Shown here: positions 8,941 through 18,144 of the stretch, one piece after another
Layout: each line of letters starts with the position of its first letter
How positions within the stretch are numbered: the first letter of the stretch is position 1
From: a virus
DNA length: 64,000 bases
Strand: one strand, 5' to 3'
Virus record (IMG/VR): IMGVR_UViG_3300027782_000037
Span: 1 to 64,000 of that record
Notes under the pieces: model-generated
Databases searched by the model: none
Seen by the model: the letters and a program-made list of their open reading frames with translations, nothing else
What the model was told of the DNA's origin: nothing
Translations under genes and position numbers: made by a program

Positions 8941-10992
8941 ATGAAACGTATCCTGTTAAGTCCGTGGACCGCACTAATAACCTTATTCCTAGTTGCTACC
9001 ATAAGAATACAGGACCCTACGTTCGTGGAGTCAGTTCGTCTTAGGTATTTTGACACGTTAATTACTAATCAACCTGATAAACCCCTGGACATATATGCCA
9101 TTGATATTGATGAGCCGGCATTGGACCGTTATGGGCAATGGCCGTTAAATCGTGCTGAGTATGCAGATATAGTGCAGGACCTTTACTCGCGTGCTGCTAG
9201 TCTGGTGGTGTTAAATGTTTTGATGTCAGAGACCGACAGGCAGGGTGGAGACGATCAGCTGGCCAAGATATTAAAAATTTATCCCACAGTATTGATTAAT
9301 GTACCCGCTGCTGCGACAAAGAATACACCACGTAACCCTGGCTCGGCTGTGATCAATAGTGAATATTTGGATCGAATAGTCACCTATCCTGGCATCATTG
9401 CCAATGTACCAGTCCTTGAAGCGGCGGCTGTTGGCATTGGTGCAGTTAATACCCTACCGGAGATTGATGGCGTCAATCGAAGACTACCGTTGGTGGTTAA
9501 CGTTAACGGAATTCTTTACCCATCGCTGGCCATGGAAATATTACGTGTCGCGGCTGGTGATACTACATTCCAAGTTAAGCTAAGTGAACTGGGTGTGGAT
9601 AAGATGCGTATCAAAAAGTTCGGTCCCATTACCACAGACCACTTGGGTCGTATTTGGATTGATTGGAGTCAAAAACCTATTAACATTAGCATTATGGATT
9701 TACCTGAAAATCTAAATGGTGCTATCGTTATAGTTGGGCCAGCCGCTGCTGGCGTCAGTAATCCGGTGCCCACTGCGGTAGGCGCCCAGTTTCCACATTA
9801 CGTGCAGGCAGTTGTGGCTGGCACTTTACTAAACAAAATTAATATCACTCGCCCGGATTTTGCAGATGGTGCAGAAATCTTGACATTAGTGATATTGAGC
9901 GTTATACTATTATTACTATCGAGGTGGACTTATGTTGGAATTCTTGCTAGCGTTATTGTTCTTGGGGGCTGTGTTTACGGCAGCAGTTATCTTTATGATA
10001 ATTATCGTTGGCTTTTGGATATCACTAGCATCGTTGCTGGTCTTATTATTGTTCTTTTCCATGCTTATATCATTAGGTTTGTAAGTGAGTTTTTACAAAA
10101 GCAACAGATTAAACGACAGTTTGGCACTTATCTATCACCAGCAATGGTTGAAAAACTACAAAAGAATCCCGAGTTATTGACACTAGGCGGCGAATCCCGT
10201 GAACTATCTATTATGTTTACTGATGTACGTGGGTTTACCAGTATCAGTGAACATTATGGAGAAGATGTACAGGGTCTTACTAAAATAATGAATCGTTATA
10301 TGACGGCAATGACAGGGAAAATTATTGAGAATGATGGTACACTGGACAAATATATTGGAGATGCGCAGATGGCATTTTGGAACGCACCACTCGATGATGC
10401 TAACCACGCGAAGAATGCTGTGCATACAGGGTTGCAGATGATGGGAAGTTTAGATGCGTTCAACAAAGAAGTTACGGCAGAAGGTGTTCCGGCCTTTGGT
10501 ATGGGTCTGGGAATTAATACTGCCACCGTTGTGGTGGGCAATATGGGCAGTGATCAACGGTTTGACTATACTTGCCTTGGCGACGGTGTTAATCTGGCGT
10601 CAAGACTCGAGGGCCAGACTAAGCCGTACGGCGTCAAAATTATTCTCGGCCCGATAACAGCAGAGCAAGTTAAAGATGAATACTTTGTACTTGAGCTGGA
10701 CAAGATTGCTGTTAAGGGTAAGAAAGTTGGTGTTAATATCTTTACTGTACTAGAACTATATCCCGGTGCGCATGGTGAATATGAAATGGGGCGTGGAGAT
10801 CATGAAGAAATGCTAGCTGCGTATCGTAATCGCGAATTCGAACACGCTATATTTTTGTGTGATAGTTTAATAGGCGAGTTCGATGGGCAAATGGATTCTT
10901 ACTATGCAATGTGGAAAGACCGTTGCAAAGAAATGAAGCTGAACAAACTGCCCCAAGATTGGGACGGCACATACGTATCAACAAGCAAATAA
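8941..10992 (+). CDS. CHASE2-domain class III adenylate cyclase
   Basis: IDIDE..L..YGQWP..R and DGVNRRLPL (CHASE2); three TM helices; FTDVRGFT, DKYIGD, DYTCLGDGVNLASRLE (adenine-specifying K/D). Confidence 0.93.
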   Translation: MKRILLSPWTALITLFLVATIRIQDPTFVESVRLRYFDTLITNQPDKPLDIYAIDIDEPALDRYGQWPLNRAEYADIVQDLYSRAASLVVLNVLMSETDRQGGDDQLAKILKIYPTVLINVPAAATKNTPRNPGSAVINSEYLDRIVTYPGIIANVPVLEAAAVGIGAVNTLPEIDGVNRRLPLVVNVNGILYPSLAMEILRVAAGDTTFQVKLSELGVDKMRIKKFGPITTDHLGRIWIDWSQKPINISIMDLPENLNGAIVIVGPAAAGVSNPVPTAVGAQFPHYVQAVVAGTLLNKINITRPDFADGAEILTLVILSVILLLLSRWTYVGILASVIVLGGCVYGSSYLYDNYRWLLDITSIVAGLIIVLFHAYIIRFVSEFLQKQQIKRQFGTYLSPAMVEKLQKNPELLTLGGESRELSIMFTDVRGFTSISEHYGEDVQGLTKIMNRYMTAMTGKIIENDGTLDKYIGDAQMAFWNAPLDDANHAKNAVHTGLQMMGSLDAFNKEVTAEGVPAFGMGLGINTATVVVGNMGSDQRFDYTCLGDGVNLASRLEGQTKPYGVKIILGPITAEQVKDEYFVLELDKIAVKGKKVGVNIFTVLELYPGAHGEYEMGRGDHEEMLAAYRNREFEHAIFLCDSLIGEFDGQMDSYYAMWKDRCKEMKLNKLPQDWDGTYVSTSK

Positions 10993-11111
10993 TTGTAGTA
11001 AAACTGCAATAATTAAATATCAGTTTTATTGTAAATATTACTATGATAGTTTAAATCGGGTACAAGATAGAGTATCGCTGGAACTCGTAACCAGTAACTT
11101 TTGGATCACAA

Positions 11112-11912
11112 ATGTCAGAAAAAAAGTACAGAACAATTTTTATTTCCGACGTTCATCTAGGAACCAAAGACTGCAAAGCCAATCAATTAAATAATTTTCT
11201 TAAAAACAACACATGTGATACGTTATACATGGTAGGTGATATAATTGATGCATGGAAAATCCAACAGAACAGATGGAAATGGAATCAAAGTCATAGTAAT
11301 GTTATCCGTCGGGTACTTGGCCATGCTAAACGAAATACAAAAATAATTTACATAGCGGGTAATCATGATGAATTTCTTCGTCCATTAATACCTTATGGTA
11401 TTGGGTTTGGAAGTATTGATATAGTAAATCAAGCAGAACATATAGGCGTTGATGGGAAAAGATATCTAGTCACGCACGGAGATTTATTTGATGGCATTAC
11501 TAGATTAGCACCATGGATTAGTTTCCTAGGAGATCGTGCATACGATTTTGTACTCAATCTTAATAGTAGATTTAATTGGATTCGACATCGCATGGGGTTT
11601 GGCTATTGGAGTCTTAGTCAATATCTTAAACGTCGAGTTAAACGAGCAGTAGACTTTATATTTCAATTTGAAAAGAACTTAGCTACATATTGCAAAAAAC
11701 GTGGATATGATGGAGTGATATGTGGGCACATACATCATGCAGAAATAAAAGAAATAGATGGTGTTACGTACATGAACGACGGTGACTGGGTTGAATCATG
11801 TACTGCACTAGTAGAACATCATGATGGCCGTTGGGAAATAGTTACTTGGATACAGGAGAAAGATCATGTGGATATTATTACTGATAGCAGTACACATCAA
11901 CAACCCGAATGA
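11112..11912 (+). CDS. PlcP-like phospholipase C (LpxH-family metallophosphoesterase)
   Basis: FISDVHLG, VGDIID, GNHDE, THGD, CGHIHH, NDGDWVES; adjacent GT4 gene. Confidence 0.85.
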   Translation: MSEKKYRTIFISDVHLGTKDCKANQLNNFLKNNTCDTLYMVGDIIDAWKIQQNRWKWNQSHSNVIRRVLGHAKRNTKIIYIAGNHDEFLRPLIPYGIGFGSIDIVNQAEHIGVDGKRYLVTHGDLFDGITRLAPWISFLGDRAYDFVLNLNSRFNWIRHRMGFGYWSLSQYLKRRVKRAVDFIFQFEKNLATYCKKRGYDGVICGHIHHAEIKEIDGVTYMNDGDWVESCTALVEHHDGRWEIVTWIQEKDHVDIITDSSTHQQPE

Positions 11913-12039
11913 TGTACCAGCAAAGGTACACATTCCGTTCGAAAATCAAGCAGCATGTGAGTATGCTAAAACCAATATGACATATTGGATTAAATTTGAA
12001 AATTTTAAGGTAGTAGGCGAATGCAAAAAACAATCCTGA
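11866..12039 (+). CDS. Small hypothetical protein (57 aa)
   Basis: Manual translation MWILLLIAVHINNPNDVP...ECKKQS; AGGAG RBS. Confidence 0.55.
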   Translation: MWILLLIAVHINNPNDVPAKVHIPFENQAACEYAKTNMTYWIKFENFKVVGECKKQS

Positions 12040-13028
12040 TAGTAACAGATAATTTACCGGAGCAGATTAATGGCGTGGTTACGACCTACAAAAATATTGA
12101 GGCTTATGCGATTCGGGACAACTATCGTGTTGTATATCTTGATCCCGGGCGGTTCCGCTATGTTGATTGCCCTGGCTACAACCAAGTCAAGATTGCCTTT
12201 CCGAGGAAGGTGGGCAAGATACTTGAGGAGATCAATCCGGATCATATCCACATCGCCACGGAGGGTCCTGTTGGTTTGTGTGTTAGACAATATCTTGACA
12301 AACACAATTATAGGTACAATACTGCTTATCATACTAAGTTTCCGGAAGGACTTAGAAAACTTTTTGGAATACCTGAAGCCCTTACTTGGCCTTTAATAAG
12401 ATGGTTTCATAAACATAGCGGTAAAGTATTGACCACTACGGAAAGCATGGTAGAAGAATTACGAGCCCATGGATTTGATGGTGAACTAGTGTCTTGGACT
12501 CGTGGGGTTGATCGTGAGATTTTTAATCCAAGCAGAAGAATAAGGGCCAACGAACAAACAGTATTGGTGTGTGTTGCCAGGGTGAGTAAAGAAAAGAATC
12601 TTGAAGATTTCTTTAAATTGGACTTTCCTAATTGTCGTAAGATAATGGTGGGAGACGGGCCTATGTTGTCAACCTATAAGAAGCAATATCCCGAAGTAGA
12701 GTTTGTAGGTTTAAAAACAGGAGCAGAGTTGGCTGAATACTATGCTAATGCTGATGTATTTGTATTTCCAAGTCAGTGGGAAACATTTGGTATTGTTATG
12801 ATAGAAGCTATGGCATGTGGAACTCCTGTTGCTGCTTATCCATGCCAAGGTCCAAAAGATGTTATTGATCAAGGCATAACAGGCTACATGGATGAATCAT
12901 TATCTACTGCTACATATCGTTGCCTAGGTTTAAGCAGAGACCGTGTAGCAGTAGGTAGCGAACGTTGGAGTTGGGAATATGCCTGGGAAATATTTAGGGC
13001 ACATCTTGTTCCTGCAAAAATGGGCTAA
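12021..13028 (+). CDS. GT4 glycosyltransferase (Agt-like diacylglycerol glycosyltransferase)
   Basis: QINGVVTT, HIATEGPVG, YHTKFPE, RVSKEKN, FPSQWETFGIVMIEAMACGTPV. Confidence 0.88.
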   Translation: MQKTILIVTDNLPEQINGVVTTYKNIEAYAIRDNYRVVYLDPGRFRYVDCPGYNQVKIAFPRKVGKILEEINPDHIHIATEGPVGLCVRQYLDKHNYRYNTAYHTKFPEGLRKLFGIPEALTWPLIRWFHKHSGKVLTTTESMVEELRAHGFDGELVSWTRGVDREIFNPSRRIRANEQTVLVCVARVSKEKNLEDFFKLDFPNCRKIMVGDGPMLSTYKKQYPEVEFVGLKTGAELAEYYANADVFVFPSQWETFGIVMIEAMACGTPVAAYPCQGPKDVIDQGITGYMDESLSTATYRCLGLSRDRVAVGSERWSWEYAWEIFRAHLVPAKMG

Positions 13029-13336
13029 CTACTTCCCCCGCTAGCTGCGCTGTCATTTTTCTTATTAATTACTTCTTCAGCTTCTACACGTTCTGCTTCA
13101 ATAGTTTTGCCGCGAAGATGTAATACTGTATTAACCTTTTGGTTAAGTCTAATAAGATCATTATCTAGCATACGTATACGATCAATCAATGCAATAAGAA
13201 CTGTATTAGCATCACTAATAACTGGTTTGATTTCAGATGTAGCCCACGACCATACATATTTTATAATGGCACCTAATCCCACTGCCGCAACAATAGGGAA
13301 TCCATACTTACTGATTAAATCTGCTATATTGTCCAT
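13025..13336 (-). CDS. Small membrane protein, YvrJ/holin-like (GFPI motif)
   Basis: ISKYGFPIVAAVG TM plus coiled coil; paralog of 13515..13796. Confidence 0.65.
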   Translation of the reverse strand: MDNIADLISKYGFPIVAAVGLGAIIKYVWSWATSEIKPVISDANTVLIALIDRIRMLDNDLIRLNQKVNTVLHLRGKTIEAERVEAEEVINKKNDSAASGGSS

Positions 13337-13515
13337 TATTCATATCCTCTAACAAATTTTTCTATAGGGTCTAGTTTAATTAATTGGCGCTTGCCGTCGA
13401 CGTCTACAAACTTAAATAAATCACCTTCTCTCCAGCCTATTGTATGAACATCAAGTTCTTCGTCTAAGATAATTTTGTCGTCACTTAAATCCCAAGTGTA
13501 GTCATAGTATAACAT
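13336..13515 (-). CDS. 59-aa protein, AbrB/MazE-like pattern
   Basis: Manual translation ...IILDEELDVHTIGWREGDLFKFVDVDGKRQLIKL...; coupled on both sides. Confidence 0.5.
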   Translation of the reverse strand: MLYYDYTWDLSDDKIILDEELDVHTIGWREGDLFKFVDVDGKRQLIKLDPIEKFVRGYE

Positions 13516-13796
13516 TAGTCTCTCCTAGCGTCTGACTTACCATCGGCACGAGCAATACGATCTACGTCTGGTTTTAATCCTAGCGCATTTGATACTACTG
13601 AGTCTATGCGTATAACATCGTGATTCATTGTCTTAACACGATTGTCTAATGCTGTAATGATACCGGCCATGCCCTTAACAGCTGACAATACTCCGGCTAG
13701 TAATAGTTTTATAGTAAGATATACAAAGTATCCACCTGCTATAGCAGCAGCAATAGGGAATCCTAGGTCACTTATAAGTTTGAATATTTCATTCAT
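13515..13796 (-). CDS. Small membrane protein, YvrJ/holin-like (GFPI motif)
   Basis: ISDLGFPIAAAIAG; ALDNRVKTMNHDVIRID. Confidence 0.65.
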   Translation of the reverse strand: MNEIFKLISDLGFPIAAAIAGGYFVYLTIKLLLAGVLSAVKGMAGIITALDNRVKTMNHDVIRIDSVVSNALGLKPDVDRIARADGKSDARRD

Positions 13797-13837
13797 TGTA
13801 GTTCCTATTTTATTATTATATTAATATTTAGTTACTA

Positions 13838-14461
13838 TTAATTCCTAACGTAACTGTAACTCCCACAAGTCGTGCATTGAATCGCCATCGATCCTGTATT
13901 CGCTTGCGTGGGGTTGGTTTGCTGTATTGTCACTGTAGCACCAGCTGTGCCATTTAATCCAAGAGAAAAACTTTTATCTCCAGATCCAGATTGCGTAGAG
14001 TTAATCGTATTGCCGCTGTTAACAGTACCAGATTGGCCTGTTATGTTTAATGTATGATTGCCGGTACCGGCTTGATTCGCAGTTATAGAATTTGCATTGC
14101 CCACTAGATTTTGTATTGATGTTGTATGATTGCCAACTCCATCTTGAAATAGTATTACACTATTACTATATCCATTGGGTATCTCAACTGCGGCTTTTTT
14201 ATCACCTGTGCCCTGCTGTGTAATTCTCACATAGTTGGCATCACTGCCAGCAGTAGTTCCGGTAGTGGGAAGGTTGGCATTTACCCAAGTTTCGGCTGGT
14301 AAGTTTGCACCTATCGCAATTCGAGCATAATGATTGCCATCTGATTGTGTAATGTTAATGGAGTTATTATCCCCCACTTGATCTATGTAGACATTGGGAT
14401 TCCACTGAGTACTTTGTGCCCAGACGATAAATGGAAACAATAATAGTAAAAGTAATTTCAT
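13838..14461 (-). CDS. Curlin-repeat protein (CsgB/CsgA-like)
   Basis: Signal peptide; repeats YIDQVGDNN, ITQQGTG, LFQDGVGN, ANQAGTGN. Confidence 0.75.
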   Translation of the reverse strand: MKLLLLLLFPFIVWAQSTQWNPNVYIDQVGDNNSINITQSDGNHYARIAIGANLPAETWVNANLPTTGTTAGSDANYVRITQQGTGDKKAAVEIPNGYSNSVILFQDGVGNHTTSIQNLVGNANSITANQAGTGNHTLNITGQSGTVNSGNTINSTQSGSGDKSFSLGLNGTAGATVTIQQTNPTQANTGSMAIQCTTCGSYSYVRN

Positions 14462-15579
14462 TTTTGCACAATATTAATAACTGTATTGCCACCTGAATTA
14501 ATACGATTACGTATCTCAACTGATCCTTGTATTTGTGTTAACACACTATTTTGTCGAGTAGGGGTTGTCACACATTGTTTATTTCCGCCATCATCACGAC
14601 ATAGAGTGACAACGGGTTCGTCAAGTGCTACTGTAACACCAGATGTAGGAACATAGTCTGGTAATAACTTAGGAGCACCTGATATAGGCTTTAATAAGTT
14701 AGCTGTTTGCGCTGATAATTGTGCGTTAACTATGTCCAATAAGTTAACTAAAAAATCTTGTTCCAATAAGTTTTGGCTGAGTCGGTCCTTGAACACTTCT
14801 GCTTGTGCTATATCAATAGCGTTGTTTAGTCCTTCTGCCTTGAGAAAATCTACATCTAATGCGCCTAACTTTAACGAACCCTTTGCATTTTTATCTTCTT
14901 GCAATTCTTTCGGAGGACTTACAATCAACATATTACTAATTTGATCTTCTGACAATTTAAGTATCACAGGCTGCTTAGGTTTGAAATCTCTGCTGTCTAC
15001 TTTAGTTGCTTGAAATGGCTTATTCATTATAATAAATCCCACATCAGTAGTAACTGATATTTCACCGGTTTTGCAATCACGCTCTATATCTCGCCATCCA
15101 AATGGACAGCTAGGTAGTAAGATAATAGTACTGCGACCAAACTCATCTACTGTAGCAGTAAAGTCTGTGCCACGTACACCTATCGTGGCAACCGGAGTAT
15201 TAACCGATACTGATTGCGGATTGTTCTTGGCAATTTGCCCACTAGCGTAACGCACAGTGCCATGTGCTACATTGACTGCTAACTTGCCACCCTTAGTAGT
15301 AGCGGGATCGTAAACAAAATCATCTATTACTAATCGACTATTTTCGTTTACTAAAACCTTTGTATCATCAGCAAAGGTTATTCCCACTTTTCCCTGAGTT
15401 GTCCGAACCGCATCTTCCATCTCCACTTTTGTCCCCTTCTTCCCTTCCAGATTTTCCTTCTTGCGTTGTATATTTGGAACTGTGTTGGTAGTTTCTGTGA
15501 CTGTCCCTATCGCGGCGTCGGATTTCTGCGATGTACTCACTAAGCAAACCAATAGTACGACCATCCATAATTTCATCAC
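14458..15579 (-). CDS. Secreted FecR-domain protein
   Basis: Signal peptide; D.VRT..G...I.F.D.T....ENS.L.ID; TPVATIGVRGTDF. Confidence 0.85.
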   Translation of the reverse strand: MMKLWMVVLLVCLVSTSQKSDAAIGTVTETTNTVPNIQRKKENLEGKKGTKVEMEDAVRTTQGKVGITFADDTKVLVNENSRLVIDDFVYDPATTKGGKLAVNVAHGTVRYASGQIAKNNPQSVSVNTPVATIGVRGTDFTATVDEFGRSTIILLPSCPFGWRDIERDCKTGEISVTTDVGFIIMNKPFQATKVDSRDFKPKQPVILKLSEDQISNMLIVSPPKELQEDKNAKGSLKLGALDVDFLKAEGLNNAIDIAQAEVFKDRLSQNLLEQDFLVNLLDIVNAQLSAQTANLLKPISGAPKLLPDYVPTSGVTVALDEPVVTLCRDDGGNKQCVTTPTRQNSVLTQIQGSVEIRNRINSGGNTVINIVQK

Positions 15580-15588
15580 TCCTCCGAC

Positions 15589-16380
15589 TTATCTTGTATT
15601 GCTATTAACGGTAAATGTATTAGTGCTACCAACAGACTTAATGTTTATAATACTGTCTGAACTAGTGCCACCCTGTGTGATGCTGGTTGTATTGCCTGAT
15701 CCATTATAGTCTAATTTAACAGAATGTCCATTAGTTGCACCACCGCTTTGTGTGATTCCGGTAGTATTACTAGCACCAACAGTAGTGATATCAACGGTAC
15801 CCTTATCGCCAGTCATGTTAAGTGTTGTGCTATTGCCACCACCACCTGTTTGACTAATTGTAGTGAGTGTAGAGTTAGCGTTAATTGTAGCAACTAAACT
15901 GTTGTTTGCTCCGCCTGCGGTAACTGCTGTAAAATTATTTCCAGAGCCTAATACATTAACATTAGCGTTAGCTGTGTTGCCACTTTGTGTAATGCTAATG
16001 TAATTACTTTCACTCACGCCAGATCCAGAATTATTACTGTTAATGACAGCAGTGGCGTTGTTACCAGTTACACCGTATATAACGGTAGGATTATTCATGC
16101 CATTACCGGTAGTAGTTTTTACACCCAGGCTCAGCATATTGCCACTACCAATTTGATTGATGGTAATTTGATTGTTGTCTCCATAGATAGTACTGGGAGT
16201 ACTATTACCTGACCCTATTCCCTGTATACCACGGACAACGTTGCCTGCGCCGTCTTGCGTTATATTGATGGTAGCGTTGTCTCCGCTTTGATCAATATAG
16301 ATACTATTGTCGGCTGCGATTGATAAACTAGCAAATCCGATTAGTAGTAATGCCAATATTTTTTTTATTATTGTTGTCAT
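15589..16380 (-). CDS. Curlin-repeat protein (CsgA-like)
   Basis: Signal peptide; multiple N-x6-Q-x-G-x2-N repeats; Gly/Asn/Thr/Ser-rich. Confidence 0.78.
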   Translation of the reverse strand: MTTIIKKILALLLIGFASLSIAADNSIYIDQSGDNATINITQDGAGNVVRGIQGIGSGNSTPSTIYGDNNQITINQIGSGNMLSLGVKTTTGNGMNNPTVIYGVTGNNATAVINSNNSGSGVSESNYISITQSGNTANANVNVLGSGNNFTAVTAGGANNSLVATINANSTLTTISQTGGGGNSTTLNMTGDKGTVDITTVGASNTTGITQSGGATNGHSVKLDYNGSGNTTSITQGGTSSDSIINIKSVGSTNTFTVNSNTR

Positions 16381-16410
16381 TATACTTCCTTAAGGGTTGT
16401 GCCCTTGTTA

Positions 16411-17202
16411 TTATTTTGGGGTCTCTTTAAAATCCCAAACTCCTTTTCGTTGACCTTCTTTAATCAACTCCACCACCGCTGCTTCTATAGTGGTTTTAAC
16501 TGCCAATGTTCCCGGCTCGTTAATCGTTAGGCCCGATTCAGCCTCAAATGCCTGTGTTCCATTATCTAGAAACTTTAATACAGCAATACTATCTGATGTA
16601 CTGTATACCGTTTTAGTAACTGTTACTGCCATCAGTACCTTGCCGGTATTAACGCTTATTGCCCGCAGGCTTATAGTAACAATGTCTTTACTATATTGAG
16701 TTTGTGGTCCAATGCCTAACCACCTAAACGCAGATCCACCAGACTCAGAGCTGCTATCATATCCTATAATTCCACCTTCTATCAGCATTCCAGCAAATAT
16801 TAATGGCATCAGTGGCTTGGCTTCTTTACCTTCGTACGATTCTCTCATTTGTCGTATTAGCTGTCGTTCACGAGTAAGTCCATCTAATGCCACCCGTTCA
16901 ACAACTTCAAACCAACGTCCATTGCCTACATCTTGTAGGGCTTTAATTAGAAACGTAACGCCTCCTTGTGTTACAGCATTACTCAAACTAGCAATACCCG
17001 GAGTGGGTTTACGCTGTCCAGTTTGATCAGCAAATGCGTATACTGCCACTACCACTGGCCTAGGATTAGCGGGAAGTGGTATTGTATCAAATTCCTTTTG
17101 CATTTTATTCACAGCAGTTTCTGGCTTAAACTCTTTTCCCATCTTCTGTGAAATGGAACATCCTGACAATAATAAGGCTAATAATAAAGTTAATATCTTC
17201 AT
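16411..17202 (-). CDS. csgG: Curli secretion channel lipoprotein
   Basis: Lipobox LLSGC; AVYAFADQTGQRKP, AVTQG, WFEVVER..L..L.RERQLIR, EGGIIGYD, NEP..LAV...IE.AV. Confidence 0.93.
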   Translation of the reverse strand: MKILTLLLALLLSGCSISQKMGKEFKPETAVNKMQKEFDTIPLPANPRPVVVAVYAFADQTGQRKPTPGIASLSNAVTQGGVTFLIKALQDVGNGRWFEVVERVALDGLTRERQLIRQMRESYEGKEAKPLMPLIFAGMLIEGGIIGYDSSSESGGSAFRWLGIGPQTQYSKDIVTISLRAISVNTGKVLMAVTVTKTVYSTSDSIAVLKFLDNGTQAFEAESGLTINEPGTLAVKTTIEAAVVELIKEGQRKGVWDFKETPK

Positions 17203-17666
17203 GGACTAGATGCAGGAAATTGAAATGACCCTAAGGGTATAGTTACAGTAGTTTGGTTGCCAATAGTGTCTGTGACTTGCATATTAATATTTGTGCCATC
17301 TTTGCTCCAAAAGATAGTATTGCCCTCAAAGTTTAATGTACCTTGATTTGTTCCTCCGTTGGCAAACATAGCAGTTGCTAAGTTTTGGCTAATTTGGGCA
17401 TAAATCCTACTTTCCAAATTATTAAGAAACTTGGCAATATTAGTGCTCTGCTTGTCTGCCTTAGCTTTATCTATAGCAGCTTGTATATCTTTCTTAACCT
17501 GAGCTTGACGAGTAAATTCTTGGTTCTCTATAGTCAGGACATGGGCACTATAGCCGTTTCCAGTAAAACTGGGTGACTTAAACTGATAGTCTGCTATCGG
17601 GGTCGCGACGGCTTGCAAGGAGATCGCGGTAAAACATAGCAGAGTTGTAATTATTTTTGTTATCAT
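17199..17666 (-). CDS. csgF: Curli assembly protein CsgF-like
   Basis: Signal peptide; YQFKSPSFTG; FLNNLESRIYAQIS; next to csgG. Confidence 0.8.
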   Translation of the reverse strand: MITKIITTLLCFTAISLQAVATPIADYQFKSPSFTGNGYSAHVLTIENQEFTRQAQVKKDIQAAIDKAKADKQSTNIAKFLNNLESRIYAQISQNLATAMFANGGTNQGTLNFEGNTIFWSKDGTNINMQVTDTIGNQTTVTIPLGSFQFPASSP

Positions 17667-17728
17667 ACTCTCGCTCCTAAAAGTATTTAATAAAAAATTA
17701 CAACCAGTTAAGTTGTCACATAATAGAC

Positions 17729-18082
17729 TTATCCCTTAGGTACAATTCCAGTCCACGAGGTATCTGGCTCGGATTCAATGTACCCAAGTATTCTTGTTTT
17801 TACTACTTCGTAGAATGAATCCAGTTGTTCCCCCCAAAATCCCATTAGGGTATCTATTGCTTGAATACAAAAATCCCAATTTCTTTTTCGATAATTATCC
17901 ATTAGATCTTGGTGTAGTTTTGTAAAAATCTCCACTTTGACAAGTTCTTCCAGCGGTAAATTTTCCACTACGCAATATGCCGTAATAGGCTTGCTACTGC
18001 GTATAGTCACAGTATCTAATTCAAGAACTATATATTTTTCTTGTAGTTTTGTTACTTCAGCGGTGCCGAAAATTATATTCAA
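17729..18082 (-). CDS. Stand-alone homolog of the adenylate cyclase C-terminal domain
   Basis: Colinear similarity to the last ~120 aa of 8941..10992. Confidence 0.7.
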   Translation of the reverse strand: MNIIFGTAEVTKLQEKYIVLELDTVTIRSSKPITAYCVVENLPLEELVKVEIFTKLHQDLMDNYRKRNWDFCIQAIDTLMGFWGEQLDSFYEVVKTRILGYIESEPDTSWTGIVPKG

Positions 18083-18144
18083 TTCGTATCTCCTGTTAAA
18101 TAATTATCTGAATATAGTTACCCAACATAAAAAGATGACCTTAC

